Shown here: in pieces, positions 10,146-20,518 of the stretch
Numbering within the stretch: the stretch's first letter is position 1
Layout of the letters: each line of letters opens with the position of its first letter
Assembly (NCBI GenBank): GCA_963776345.1
Contig: CAVZMH010000009.1
Location: forward strand, 1-64,000
Length of the DNA: 64,000 nucleotides
Reading direction: 5' to 3'
From: an uncultured delta proteobacterium
GTDB lineage: Bacteria; Myxococcota; Myxococcia; Myxococcales; Myxococcaceae
The notes under the pieces: generated by a model
The model's input: only the letters and a program-made list of their open reading frames with translations
Database searches by the model: none
What the model was told of the DNA's origin: nothing
Translations under genes and position numbers: made by a program

Positions 10146-10171
10146 TACGCCCGTACTCCCAGGGCGATTGC
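10146..10171 (-). promoter_or_regulatory. Possible ECF-type autoregulatory promoter (GCAATC-N16-CGTA)
   Basis: Minus strand reads GCAATC gccctgggagtacggg CGTA, 9 nt upstream of the sigma GTG. It resembles -35 AAC / -10 CGT ECF promoters. Confidence 0.3.
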
Positions 10172-10238
10172 CCCCGTCCTCTCGCGAATTGGCGGCATCC
10201 TCCGGATCGGGTGGGGCCCGGCCCGGAGGCGGGGCACT

Positions 10239-11762
10239 CTAGCGCAGCTTCTGACGTTCCCGGGCGGCCGCCTTGGCCTCTTTTCGCGCCCTTGCGAGGG
10301 CCCGGTAACCCACCCGCTCCCCGCCCACCCCCGCGGGAGGCGGGGCGGACCGGGGTGTCCCAGACCGAGGCCTCGGAGAGCTCGTCCGGGGAGCTCCAGC
10401 GGCCTGGGCGCGGTCGTCGGCCGGGCGAGGTGTCGGAGGCCTCGTCCGGGAGGCGCCGGTGGCCGGGTCCTCACGCCTGGCCCGGGGTGCGGATCGCGGG
10501 CTCGGAGCGCTCGATCGGACCTCCACGGGCTCCGCATCGGGCGCGAGCCGGCCGCCGGGCGTGGCGCGGATCTCCTCTGCGGTGTCCTCGCGGGCGGTCT
10601 TGTGGAACAGCCGCTTGATGACCAGGGTCGCGTAGCTCCCGGGGGGCAGGGTAAACGCCACGTTGAGCTTCGCGTGACCGCGGTTCAGCTCGTCGGCCTC
10701 CGTCCGGCCGAGCACCAGCTTGCTCGGCTGGACGAGGAGCGGCCTCTCCTCGTGCTTGAAGTAGAGCATCCGCTCGGCCCCGGCGATGCGGAGCTGGTCG
10801 AGCCGGAGCTTCTCCTTCCCCAGCACCCACTCCACAGCCTCACGGATCCGCGGCTCCTCGAGCGGGGTGTCCGGCCCCAGGAGCGGGAAGGTGAGCCCCC
10901 GGAACCAGCGGAGCGTCTCGGGGTCGGCGTCCTGGTGGAAGAGCAAGGTCCCCGCCTGGTAGCGCAGGGGGAAGAGCGAGGTGCGCGGGAGCACCAGCTG
11001 GAGCAGCCGCCGGACGCCCTCGTTCCAGAGCCAGCTCTGGTAGGTGAAGAGAAGCAGCGCCCGGTACGAGCTGTCGATCTGGAGGAACGCCCGGAGGTAG
11101 TCCTCGGGCTTCTCCTTGAGCGAGCGAAGCACCCGGTCGTAGCGGTGGGCTGCCTCGTACGGCACCCGCCGGGTCCAGTCGCCCCAGTTCCGGCGCCAGA
11201 ACTCCTTGACCTTCGCGTCGTCGGAGCGGTCGAGCGGCGACGGCTTCGCCAGGTAGTTGCGCAGCGCGGCCTCGAAGTCGCCCCGGATCAGGTCCTTGGC
11301 GATGAAGCCCTGGCCGTGCTTCAGCGAGCCGAAGCGCTGGCTGTCGAAGTAGTTCACCACCCCCAGCCGGTTCACCTCGGCCGCCGCCCTCGGCAGCTCC
11401 GAGAGGTCCTCGTCGGTCAGCGCCCGGACCGTGACGCTGAAACGGTTGGAGGTGGTGTTCTCCGCCGACAGAGGCCGACCTGTACGCCCCAGGGGCTTGA
11501 GCCGGAGGTCCGGGTCCTGGAGGTCCACCTCGGCGCCGTCCACCGCGATGAGCTGCTCGGTCCGCCCCTGCTTGTCCTTGAGGCCGCAGAAGGAGATGGC
11601 GCCGGGGCGGAGCCCGAACCGGGTCCGGATGCGCTCCACCGCCTCGAAGGTGGACAGCTTCTGCTTGTCCATGAGGTAGACCCGGTACCGCCCGTCCGGG
11701 ACGGGGTCGAAGCGGTAGGACTCCCGGACACTGAAGTCCTCGGGTCGTTGCTTGATGCGCAC
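10239..11762 (-). CDS. truD: tRNA pseudouridine(13) synthase TruD
   Basis: IKQRPEDFSV, FCGLKDKQGRTEQ (catalytic Asp), NYFDSQRFG, YQSWLWN, FTLPPGSYAT; low-complexity basic C-terminal tail. Confidence 0.92.
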   Translation of the reverse strand: MRIKQRPEDFSVRESYRFDPVPDGRYRVYLMDKQKLSTFEAVERIRTRFGLRPGAISFCGLKDKQGRTEQLIAVDGAEVDLQDPDLRLKPLGRTGRPLSAENTTSNRFSVTVRALTDEDLSELPRAAAEVNRLGVVNYFDSQRFGSLKHGQGFIAKDLIRGDFEAALRNYLAKPSPLDRSDDAKVKEFWRRNWGDWTRRVPYEAAHRYDRVLRSLKEKPEDYLRAFLQIDSSYRALLLFTYQSWLWNEGVRRLLQLVLPRTSLFPLRYQAGTLLFHQDADPETLRWFRGLTFPLLGPDTPLEEPRIREAVEWVLGKEKLRLDQLRIAGAERMLYFKHEERPLLVQPSKLVLGRTEADELNRGHAKLNVAFTLPPGSYATLVIKRLFHKTAREDTAEEIRATPGGRLAPDAEPVEVRSSAPSPRSAPRARREDPATGASRTRPPTPRPADDRAQAAGAPRTSSPRPRSGTPRSAPPPAGVGGERVGYRALARARKEAKAAARERQKLR

Positions 11763-11796
11763 GGGGGCAAGCCTTGTAACATCGGCCGACGGTCCG

Positions 11797-13527
11797 ATGC
11801 TCAGCGCCTGCCCACGCTGTCGAACGCCGCTCGCCCAGCCCAACCCTCCCCGGTGCCCGGCGTGCGGCGAGTCGCTCACCACGACGTCGGTGCCCTCGGT
11901 GCGCACCAGCCCCCGGGGCCCGTACCTCACCGGCCGGCTCCTGGACGGGAAGCTCAGCGAGTTCCCGCTCGGGCCCCGGACGACGCTGGGACGTCATCCG
12001 GCGAACACCCTCCGGCTCGCCGACCGCGAGGTGTCCAAGGAGCACGCCGCCATCGAGCGGGCGGGCAACGGCTTCGTCATCAAGGACCTCGGAAGCTCGA
12101 ACGGCACCTACGTCAACGGCCGGCGCGTCCGCGAGCTGCGCCTGAAGGACGGAGACGAGATCGCGCTCGGCAACAGCCGCATCGTCTTCCACTCGGGCGA
12201 CGTGCTCACCAGCACCGGGAGCCCCGGGGTGACGGTGCTCGCCTCGGCGCAGGCGGCCCCCGCCTTCCTGGCCCAGCTGGACCAGCCGGCGGTGGAGGAG
12301 ACCGAGTTCCGCCCGGCGGACCAGCTCAAGGACGCCGGCGCGCTCCGGCAGGACTACGAGAAGCTGCGCATCGCGCACGAGTTCCACCGCCAGGTGGGGC
12401 TGGAGCGCGATCAGAAGAGCCTCCTGGACAAGATCCTCGCGGTGAGCTTCCAGCTGCTCGCCGCGGACCACGGGGTCATCTTCCTGGTCAACGACTCGGG
12501 CGAGCTGGTGGCCCAGGCGGTGCACCACCGGACGGGGAGCGACGAGGAGGTGGTGCTCTCCGACACGGTGCTCAAGCGGGTGCTGGAGACCCGGCAGGCG
12601 GTGCTGACCGCCGACGCCATCCTCGACAGCAGGTTCAGCGGGAGCGAGAGCATCGTCGCCCAGGGCATCCGGAGCGCCATGGCCGTGCCGCTGCTGGCCA
12701 AGGGCGAGCTGAAGGGGGTGCTGTTCCTCGACACCCGCGAGAGGACCAACGCCTTCAGCGAGAAGGACCTCAAGATCCTCTCCGGCATCGCCTCGCAGGC
12801 GGCCATCGCGCTGGAGAACGCCGACCTGGCCCAGAAGATCGAGACCGAGGCGGTCACCCGGGCCGAGCTGTCGCGGTTCCTCTCTCCGGCGGTCGCGGAC
12901 ATGGTGGTCAAGGGCCAGGTGGAGCTGCTCCGGCAGGGCCGCCTTGCCGAGGTGAGCGTGCTCTTCGCGGACATCCGCGGCTTCACCTCCATCGCCGAGG
13001 GGGAGAGCCCCCAGGAGACGGTGTCGATGCTGAACTCCTTCTTCTCGGCGATGGCCGAGGTGGTGTTCCGGCACGAGGGGAACCTGGACAAGTTCATCGG
13101 CGACTGCGTGATGGCGGTGTGGGGCCCGCCCTCGCCGCACGAGGACGACCCGGCCCGGGCGCTCCGTGCGGCGCTGGAGATGCAGAGCGCGGTCGAGGCG
13201 CTGAACGAGGCCCGCGAGGCGAACGGGCAGACGCGCATCGAGATCGGCATCGGGGTGAACACCGGCCAGGCGGTCGTCGGCTACATGGGCTCGGCGGACC
13301 GGCACGAGTTCACCGCCATCGGTGACTGCGTGAACACCGCGTCGCGACTCTGCAACGTCGCGAAGGGAAACGAGGTCCTCGCCGCCGACACCACGGTCTC
13401 GAAGGCTGGGGCCGGGTTCCACGCCGAGGCGCTGCCGCTGGCCCACGTGAGGGGCAAGGAGCGGGCTGTGCAGACCTTCCGGGTCGTGGGAATCGACGAG
13501 CCGACGTCGACCGGAACCTCCGGCTGA
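11797..13527 (+). CDS. Class III adenylate cyclase with zinc ribbon, FHA and GAF domains
   Basis: CPRC..CPAC; FHA (LGRH, VSKEHA, DLGSSNGTYVNG); GAF (IRSAMAVPL); cyclase LFADIRGFT, DKFIGDCVM, TAIGDCVNTASRL. The Lys/Thr pair suggests ATP specificity. Confidence 0.9.
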   Translation: MLSACPRCRTPLAQPNPPRCPACGESLTTTSVPSVRTSPRGPYLTGRLLDGKLSEFPLGPRTTLGRHPANTLRLADREVSKEHAAIERAGNGFVIKDLGSSNGTYVNGRRVRELRLKDGDEIALGNSRIVFHSGDVLTSTGSPGVTVLASAQAAPAFLAQLDQPAVEETEFRPADQLKDAGALRQDYEKLRIAHEFHRQVGLERDQKSLLDKILAVSFQLLAADHGVIFLVNDSGELVAQAVHHRTGSDEEVVLSDTVLKRVLETRQAVLTADAILDSRFSGSESIVAQGIRSAMAVPLLAKGELKGVLFLDTRERTNAFSEKDLKILSGIASQAAIALENADLAQKIETEAVTRAELSRFLSPAVADMVVKGQVELLRQGRLAEVSVLFADIRGFTSIAEGESPQETVSMLNSFFSAMAEVVFRHEGNLDKFIGDCVMAVWGPPSPHEDDPARALRAALEMQSAVEALNEAREANGQTRIEIGIGVNTGQAVVGYMGSADRHEFTAIGDCVNTASRLCNVAKGNEVLAADTTVSKAGAGFHAEALPLAHVRGKERAVQTFRVVGIDEPTSTGTSG

Positions 13528-13638
13528 CGCGTCGCCGAAGACCTGGGCCAGCGGAGAGGTGGGGCGCTGGACGGACGGCGACGGACCTGGACGGATCCGC
13601 AGGCTGGCGTCCGCCCGGCACGGCCGGGTGAGGCTCGC

Positions 13639-14637
13639 CTAGCGCTCGGACGAGGTGCGCCCCGGCGACTCGGTGCGCGCGCCGCCCTCGCCGCCCTGGG
13701 CCATCTCCCGGAGGGCGCGCTCGACCTCTAGGCGGCTCTCGGCTGGAGGCAGCGCGGCGAGCTGGGCGAGCGACCGCGTCTTCCCGAGCGCCTCGGCGAT
13801 GCGCCAGCCGATGAGGTACCCGCTGCGCGCGGGCACCTCGGCCGGCTCCGTCGACCCGAAGAAGAACTGCCTGTAGGCCGGTCCGCCGGACGGATCGTCC
13901 AGGTGGGCGAGCAGTCTCCGGCTCAGCTCCGGGATCCGCGGGGTCGCCTGCGCGACGAGCGCGTCCGGGACGCTGATCTCGTCCTGCGTCGCCCCGGGGT
14001 TGAGCGCCGCGCTCACGTACGTCGCCAGCCCTTCTTCCCAGAGCGCCGCGGCCACGGTCTCGGGCGCGTCCGGGTGCAGGTTCGCGTGGTGCACGTGGAA
14101 GAGCTCGTGCTCCAGGAACGGCCGGAGATTGAAGCCCCGCGGGCGGATGGCGGCGATGACGTCCGGGCCGAAGAGGAGCCTCTCCACGCCCTCGACGTCA
14201 CGCGTCCCTCCGTCGAAGGAGCCCAGCGAGCAGACCAGCGCCACCGGTCGCCGGGAGGTGAACCCGGGGAAGGTCTTCCGGAACTGGACCGCGGCGTCCT
14301 GGAGGTCGGCCTCCAGGGTCCGGCGCACCTCGTCCACCCGCGCAGGCTCGGGCCGGAACCGGACAGCCTTCCTCAGCCGCTCGGGGACGCTCGCCGACAG
14401 CGGCTCGGTCATCCCGAGGACCTTCGAGCTGTAGAGCGTGGGGTGCGGCGCCCGGAGGAGCTCCTCGAAGGCCCGGGCCTGCTGCTCGGGGCTCGCCCCG
14501 GGGACCCGCCGCCAGAACTCGGCGCAGCCCTCGGCGGCGTCGATGACCCGGAGCCCCTCGGCCCCGGCGTCCGGCGCGGCGACGGCGAGGCCCGCCGCCA
14601 GGGAGACGACGGCGGCGACGAGGCGAGGAGCGTTCAT
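13639..14637 (-). CDS. Secreted putative Zn-metalloprotease (DUF2268-like)
   Basis: Signal peptide; HELFH...EEGLA gluzincin-like motif; RSGYLIG. Confidence 0.6.
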   Translation of the reverse strand: MNAPRLVAAVVSLAAGLAVAAPDAGAEGLRVIDAAEGCAEFWRRVPGASPEQQARAFEELLRAPHPTLYSSKVLGMTEPLSASVPERLRKAVRFRPEPARVDEVRRTLEADLQDAAVQFRKTFPGFTSRRPVALVCSLGSFDGGTRDVEGVERLLFGPDVIAAIRPRGFNLRPFLEHELFHVHHANLHPDAPETVAAALWEEGLATYVSAALNPGATQDEISVPDALVAQATPRIPELSRRLLAHLDDPSGGPAYRQFFFGSTEPAEVPARSGYLIGWRIAEALGKTRSLAQLAALPPAESRLEVERALREMAQGGEGGARTESPGRTSSER

Positions 14638-14685
14638 GGCCAGCCGACGTTCGAGTCGCGGACCGATTTCGACGACGCCTGGGGG

Positions 14686-15777
14686 TCAGATGTACTGCGC
14701 GGGGCTGCCGGGGTGGGCGACCTTGTACCTCCGGAAGCGCTCACAGAGCGGCAGAAGCAGGGCGATGACCACCGCCGCGGCGAGATAGGTCGCCGCGAGG
14801 CTGCCTCGGTGCAGGAGCCCCATCGCCCACGCCCCGAGCCGGAGCAGGTGCGCGTGGAGCAGGTAGAAGAAGAAGGCGCTCTGGCCGAGGACGGTCAGCG
14901 GCGCTCCGACCCATCTGGGGAGCGCGGAGGTCCACAGCGCCGCGAGCAACAGCCAGGCGATGCCGAGCTCGCAGGCCAGGTAGCTCAGGCTCGCCGGGTA
15001 CTTCGCGGTGTGAAGCCACTGGATCAGCGTTCCGTCCTCGCGAAAGAGCCCCCCGTTGCCGTACCCGTTCAGGCCGCGGACCACGGCGAACACCAGGAGG
15101 GCGACGCCGCTGGCGAGCACCAGCCGCGCCGGGAAGGACTCCGGCTGCCGGCGGGCCATGTCGGCCGCCGCCCAGCCGAGCAGCATCACCGCCAGCCAGG
15201 GAACGAACGGGTACGGCACGGGGAATGGCCCCGCCTGCCCCGGGACGAGGGCGAGCAGCACCAGCACCCTGCCGAGCCCGTCGACCTGGGCGAGGGCGCT
15301 GGCGAGCGCCTCATGGAGGACGACGAGGAGCAGTCCCAGCGCCCCGCAGACCCGGGCCGGAAGGCGGCGCAGGAAGGCCAGCGCGACCATGCTGACCCCG
15401 ATGGCATAGAGGACCTGGAGGACCAGCTCCCCGCGGTGGACGAAGACCATCCACAGCGGGTCGAGCGCCGCGATGAGCAACCCCCGGGTGGCGATGAACC
15501 GGCTGATGTCCGCCTCGGACGCCCCGTCGCGCTTGCGCCGCTGGACAGACATGTAGAGCGAGTAGCCGGAGAGGAAGAGGAAGGCCGGCGCGCAGAGGTG
15601 GGTGATCCAGCGGGTGAAGAACTGCGCGACCGGCAGCGCGGTCCCCGGCACCCAGCCCCGGGCGGAGTCCCCGAAGAGGCGCCCTGCGTTGAAGGCGGAT
15701 GAGGAATGGTCGACTGTCATCAGGACCATCACCAGGCCGCGGAGCCAGTCGATCGGGAGCAGCCGGGACCGCTCCAT
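14686..15777 (-). CDS. DUF1624 / heparan-alpha-glucosaminide N-acetyltransferase-like membrane protein
   Basis: IDWLRGLVMVLMTVDH, FFTRWITHLCAPAFLFLSG, KYPASL, FFFYLLH. Confidence 0.85.
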   Translation of the reverse strand: MERSRLLPIDWLRGLVMVLMTVDHSSSAFNAGRLFGDSARGWVPGTALPVAQFFTRWITHLCAPAFLFLSGYSLYMSVQRRKRDGASEADISRFIATRGLLIAALDPLWMVFVHRGELVLQVLYAIGVSMVALAFLRRLPARVCGALGLLLVVLHEALASALAQVDGLGRVLVLLALVPGQAGPFPVPYPFVPWLAVMLLGWAAADMARRQPESFPARLVLASGVALLVFAVVRGLNGYGNGGLFREDGTLIQWLHTAKYPASLSYLACELGIAWLLLAALWTSALPRWVGAPLTVLGQSAFFFYLLHAHLLRLGAWAMGLLHRGSLAATYLAAAVVIALLLPLCERFRRYKVAHPGSPAQYI

Positions 15778-15979
15778 CGGAACGGCGTGACCTGCAAGCA
15801 CCACACGCGTCGAGACGTCCAAACAGACCTCCAGAGGTGTCCCTGGTGGAACCGGGACCCTTCCGCCGGTGCACGGCCAGGCGACCTGTTGCGTCCACGG
15901 AGACCCGGAGCTGTACCGGGAGCATCGGCGCCGGAACATCCCAGGTGCGCGGGTGGCGTGAGAGCCTCGGCTCCGGAGG

Positions 15980-17698
15980 TCAGCGGCCGCCGCGCGGCTT
16001 CCCGGGAAGGAACCGCCGCAGGCTGATCTTCCCGAACCGGTTCCCAAACAGGTACCAGGTGAACGCCGCGCCGAAGAGCGCCGCGGCCGCCGCCGTGCCC
16101 AGGATGCCGAGCACCGGGTACCCGCGCACTGTCCAGGGCACCTGCGAGAAGCTGATGAACGCGCCGACGATGAAGCCGCAGGCGCAGAAGCCGAGGAAGC
16201 TGATCACCGCCGCCGAGCGGAGGCTGGTGTTCACGTTCTCCAGGGCCGCCGAGCGGACGTGGACGCTGAACCGCCCCGTCTCGAGGTCGAGGAGGATCTG
16301 CGAGACCTGCGTCGGCAGGTCCGCGGCGAGCCCCTGGAAGCGGAGCAGCGCGCGCAGTAGTCCGCCCTGGATGTCGCCCAGGTCGTAGCGCCCCTTCAGT
16401 AACTCCTTGGCGTACGGCAGCGCGACGCCGAGGATGTCGAGCTCGGGCGAGAGCTGCCGGAGGATGCCCTCCATCGAGATCGAGGCCCTGGAGAGCAGCG
16501 CGTACTCGCGTGGCACTCGCACCCGGTACTTCACCGCGAGGTCCAGGAGATCGCCGAGCAGGTGGCGCGCGTTCAGCTCGCCCAGCGTCCGCGGCAGGTG
16601 GCGTCCGAGCACCGCGTCGATGTCGCTCCGGAACGCGGCGATGTTCGCCCGGGCGTCGGGCGCGCCAATCCGGTACAGCAGCCGCGCGACCGACTCGGAG
16701 TCCTTGAGCGCCACCGCGACGATCAGGATGACCAGCTGCTCGCGCATCTGCCGCGTCAGCCGGCCCACCAGCCCGAAGTCGATGAGGCCGATGTCCCCGT
16801 CGGGCAGGAGGAGGAAGTTGCCCGGATGGGGATCGGCGTGGAACAGGCCGTCCTCGAAGAGCTGCCGGAAGGCGGTGTCCAGCACCGTGCGCGCCAGGGC
16901 CGCCCGCCGCTCAGGGTCGATCTCCGCCTCCAGCAGCCTCACCCCGCCGAAGTACTCGAGCGTCAGCACCGTCCCGCTGCTCAGCTCGTCGTGGACCTTG
17001 GGGATGCGGATGCCACGCCGCTCGCGGTGCGTCTCCTGGAAGGCGCGGACGTTCTCCGCCTCGTGGACGAAGTCCAGCTCCTCGCGAATGGCCCGGTCGA
17101 ACTCCTCCACGATGCCCACCGGCGAGTAGATGCCGGTTTCCTCGACCACTGCCTCGAGCAGCCGGGCCAGCGCACGCAGCACCTGGAGGTCCGAGTGGAT
17201 CTGCGCCTGAATGTCTGGCCGCTGCACCTTGACCACCACCTCCTCGCCGGCGTGCGTCGTCCCCCGGTGCACCTGGGCGATGCTCGCCGCGGCGAGCGGC
17301 TGCGGATCGATGCTGGCGAAGGCCTCCTCGGGCGAGCGGCCGAGGCCGGCCTGGATCTGCGCCCGCACGGCCTCGAGCGGGATGGGGGCCACGGAATCTT
17401 GAAGCTGCCGGAGCTCGGTCACCAGCTCGCCGGGGAGCAGGTCCGCGCGGGTGGAGAGCACCTGCCCGAGCTTCACGAACGTCGGCCCGAGCTCCTCGAG
17501 CATTCGTCGGAAGCGCCGCGCCACGCTCGCCGCCCGGGTCTCCGGCGCCTGCTCCACCGGCTCGCGGCGGCCGATCAGCCGGAACACCCCGGCGCGGTCG
17601 AACAGATCGGCGAAGCCGTACTTCGCGGCGATGGTGGCGATCTGTCGGAGGCGGTTGAGATCCTGGAAGTTCAAGGGGTCAGCCCAGGGTGCTACCAC
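15980..17698 (-). CDS. AarF/ABC1/UbiB family atypical kinase (start uncertain)
   Basis: ELGPTFVKLGQVLSTRADLLP, PLAAASIAQVH, VVKVQRP, FHADPHPGN, IDFGLVG; C-terminal TM helices. Confidence 0.92.
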   Translation of the reverse strand: MVAPWADPLNFQDLNRLRQIATIAAKYGFADLFDRAGVFRLIGRREPVEQAPETRAASVARRFRRMLEELGPTFVKLGQVLSTRADLLPGELVTELRQLQDSVAPIPLEAVRAQIQAGLGRSPEEAFASIDPQPLAAASIAQVHRGTTHAGEEVVVKVQRPDIQAQIHSDLQVLRALARLLEAVVEETGIYSPVGIVEEFDRAIREELDFVHEAENVRAFQETHRERRGIRIPKVHDELSSGTVLTLEYFGGVRLLEAEIDPERRAALARTVLDTAFRQLFEDGLFHADPHPGNFLLLPDGDIGLIDFGLVGRLTRQMREQLVILIVAVALKDSESVARLLYRIGAPDARANIAAFRSDIDAVLGRHLPRTLGELNARHLLGDLLDLAVKYRVRVPREYALLSRASISMEGILRQLSPELDILGVALPYAKELLKGRYDLGDIQGGLLRALLRFQGLAADLPTQVSQILLDLETGRFSVHVRSAALENVNTSLRSAAVISFLGFCACGFIVGAFISFSQVPWTVRGYPVLGILGTAAAAALFGAAFTWYLFGNRFGKISLRRFLPGKPRGGR

Positions 17699-17787
17699 CG
17701 GAGCCCCCCGGGAGTCGTGGGGCACACCCCGAGGCGAGGCGGCGGGCATTGGAGCGGAGCGCAGCGGCGACAGCACGGTCCGTCGTG

Positions 17788-20448
17788 GTGGACGAGCAGG
17801 CGGCCGACGCGCCGGTCACGCCCATGATCCGCCAGTACCTGGACGCGAAGGCCCGCGCCGGGGACGCGTTCCTCTTCTTCCGGCTGGGTGACTTCTACGA
17901 GCTGTTCTTCGAGGACGCGGTCCGGGCCTCGGAGGTGCTCGGCATCACCCTGACCGCAAGGAGCAAGGGCCCGGAGCGGGTGCCGATGTGCGGCGTGCCG
18001 TTCCACGCGGCGCGCCGATATCTGGCAAAGCTGCTCGAGGCCGGACACAAGGTCGCCATCTGCGAGCAGCTGGAGGCACCCGGCCCGGGGCCGGGCATCG
18101 TCCGGCGGGAGATCGTCCGCATCGTCACCCCGGGCACCGTCCTGGACGAGGACGTGCTCGACGCCTCCCGGGCGGCGTGGCTGGTGGCCATCAGCGGCGG
18201 GGAGGGGGCCCACGGGGCGGCGCTCCTGGACGTGTCCACCGGGGACTTCCGGGCGCTGCAGGGCCCCTCGCTGCAGGCCGTGCTGGAGGCGGTCGCCGCG
18301 CACGAGCCGCGCGAGGTGCTGATCCCGGCGGATGCTCCGGCGGCCCTCCGCACGGCGCTGCGCGAGACCCTCGGCGGGCTGCCGGTCACCGAGCGCGAGG
18401 CCGCCCACTTCGACGCCAACCGGGCGGGGGCCTTCCTCCGCAGCCACTTCGGGGTGGCCACGCTGGAGGGCTTCGGGGTGGAGGGCGCGCCCCGGGCCGT
18501 GGCCGCGGCCGGCGCCGCGCTCCGCTACCTGAAGGACACTCAGCGCACCGAGGCCCGTCACGTCCACGCGCTCCGTCGGGTCCCGCTCGATTCCACCCTG
18601 GTGCTGGACGAGACCACCCGGGTCAACCTCGAGGTCCTCCGGACGATCCGGGACGGCACGCGCGCCGGGTCGCTGCTCGGGGTCGTGGATCGGACGGTCA
18701 CCGCGCTCGGCGCGCGCCGTCTCGTCGAGTGGCTGCTCGCGCCGCTCCTGGACCTGGACGCCATCCGCGCCCGCCAGGACGCGGTGGAGGAGCTGTCGAC
18801 CAAGGCCGTCTGGCGCGAGGCCTGGGCGGGGCTCCTCCGGCAGGTCTCCGACGTGGAGCGCATCCTCGGCCGGCTCGCCACCGACCTCGGGACGCCGCGG
18901 GACCTCGCCGGTCTCGGCCGGAGCCTGGCGGTGCTCCCGGACCTGGCGGCGGCGCTCGAGGGTTGCCGCGCCGAGCTCTGGCGGAGGCTGGCCGCGCCGC
19001 TCCGTGGCTTCGAGCCGCTGGCGGCGGAGCTGCAGCGCGCCCTGGTGGACACGCCGCCGGCGGACCTGGACGAGGGCGGCTTCATCCGGCCGGGCTACTC
19101 GGACGAGCTGGACGCGCTGGTCGCCCTGGCCACCGACGGCCGGAGCACGCTGGTGGAGCTCGAGCGGCGGGAGCGGGCGCGCACCGGCATCCAGAGCCTC
19201 AAGGTCCGCTACACCCGGGTGTTCGGCTACTTCTTCGAGGTCACCCGGGCCAACCTGCACCTCGTCCCGGACGGCTGGGAGCGGCGGCAGACGATGGTCG
19301 GCGCCGAGCGGTTCGTCACCCCGGAGCTGAAGGCCTTCGAGGCCCAGGTGCTCGGTGCGGACGAGAAGCGGATCGGCCTCGAGCGGGCGCTCTTCGACGG
19401 GCTCCGCGACCAGGTCCTGGCCCGGGCCGGGGCGCTCCGGGCCGCGGCGGACGCGCTGGCCTCCGCCGACGCGCTCGCCGCGCTCTCGCGGGTGGCGGCC
19501 GAGAATGGCTACTGCCGCCCGGTGGTGGACGACTCGGACGTGCTGGAGCTCGAGCGGTCCCGGCACCCGGTCGTCGAGCGGCGCGTCTCGGCCGAGCCCT
19601 TCGTCCCCAACGACCTCGTCCTGGACCGGACGCGCTCTCAGCTGGTCGTGCTCACCGGGCCGAACATGGCGGGGAAGAGCACCTTGCTCCGGCAGGTGGC
19701 GCTCACCGTGCTCCTGGCCCAGGCGGGCAGCTTCGTGCCGGCGGCCCGGGCGCGCATCGGCCGGGTGGATCGCATCTTCACCCGGGTGGGCGCCTCGGAC
19801 GATCTCGCCCGTGGCCAGTCCACCTTCATGGTCGAGATGGCGGAGACCGCGGCCATCCTCCACCACGCCACCGAGCGGAGCCTGGTGGTGCTGGACGAGA
19901 TCGGCCGGGGAACGTCCACCTTCGACGGCCTGTCCATCGCCTGGGCGGTGGCCGAGCACCTCCACGACGCCATCGGCGCCCGGACGCTCTTCGCCACGCA
20001 CTACCACGAGCTGGTGGAGCTGGCCCGGACGCACCCCCGCGTCCGGAACCTCTCGATGGGCGTCCGCGAATCCGGCGGGAAGGTGGTCTTCCTCCGGACG
20101 GTGGTCGAGGGCGGGGCGAGCAAGAGCTACGGCATCGAGGTCGCCCGGCTCGCGGGCCTGCCCGGGAGCGTGCTGCGCCGGGCGCGCGAGGTGCTCCGTC
20201 GGCTGGAGACCGAGGGCGCGCCGCGGCCAGGGGTGGTGCGGGTGGACGAGGCCCAGCTGCCGCTCCGGCTCGAGGACGGCGGGGCCCCCGCGCTGCTCCC
20301 GGACGACGTCACCCCGGACGGACCATCGGTCGAGAGCCAGGTCCTCGCCGCGCTGCGCGACGCCTCGCTGGACGAGACGACGCCGCTCCAGGCGCTGCAG
20401 CTCCTGGCGCGGCTCCAGAAGGACCTGGCCGGCGAAGTCGAGCGCTGA
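17788..20448 (+). CDS. mutS: DNA mismatch repair protein MutS
   Basis: TPMIRQY, FFRLGDFYELF, LTGPNMAGKST, STFMVEM, DEIGRGTSTFDG, FATHYHEL, KSYGIEVARLAG. Confidence 0.97.
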   Translation: MDEQAADAPVTPMIRQYLDAKARAGDAFLFFRLGDFYELFFEDAVRASEVLGITLTARSKGPERVPMCGVPFHAARRYLAKLLEAGHKVAICEQLEAPGPGPGIVRREIVRIVTPGTVLDEDVLDASRAAWLVAISGGEGAHGAALLDVSTGDFRALQGPSLQAVLEAVAAHEPREVLIPADAPAALRTALRETLGGLPVTEREAAHFDANRAGAFLRSHFGVATLEGFGVEGAPRAVAAAGAALRYLKDTQRTEARHVHALRRVPLDSTLVLDETTRVNLEVLRTIRDGTRAGSLLGVVDRTVTALGARRLVEWLLAPLLDLDAIRARQDAVEELSTKAVWREAWAGLLRQVSDVERILGRLATDLGTPRDLAGLGRSLAVLPDLAAALEGCRAELWRRLAAPLRGFEPLAAELQRALVDTPPADLDEGGFIRPGYSDELDALVALATDGRSTLVELERRERARTGIQSLKVRYTRVFGYFFEVTRANLHLVPDGWERRQTMVGAERFVTPELKAFEAQVLGADEKRIGLERALFDGLRDQVLARAGALRAAADALASADALAALSRVAAENGYCRPVVDDSDVLELERSRHPVVERRVSAEPFVPNDLVLDRTRSQLVVLTGPNMAGKSTLLRQVALTVLLAQAGSFVPAARARIGRVDRIFTRVGASDDLARGQSTFMVEMAETAAILHHATERSLVVLDEIGRGTSTFDGLSIAWAVAEHLHDAIGARTLFATHYHELVELARTHPRVRNLSMGVRESGGKVVFLRTVVEGGASKSYGIEVARLAGLPGSVLRRAREVLRRLETEGAPRPGVVRVDEAQLPLRLEDGGAPALLPDDVTPDGPSVESQVLAALRDASLDETTPLQALQLLARLQKDLAGEVER

Positions 20449-20518
20449 CGCCTCAGACCTGGAGCGGGCGGGACTTCGGTCGACCGAAAATTTGCCCGAG
20501 CGATCGGCCCGGGTTCAC

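Noticed and set aside
15780..15979. Possible riboswitch or 6S-like RNA upstream of the DUF1624 gene
   Set aside because: Only short GC stems (CCTGG/CCAGG, CCGG) and no convincing conserved aptamer motifs. An Rfam search would settle it.
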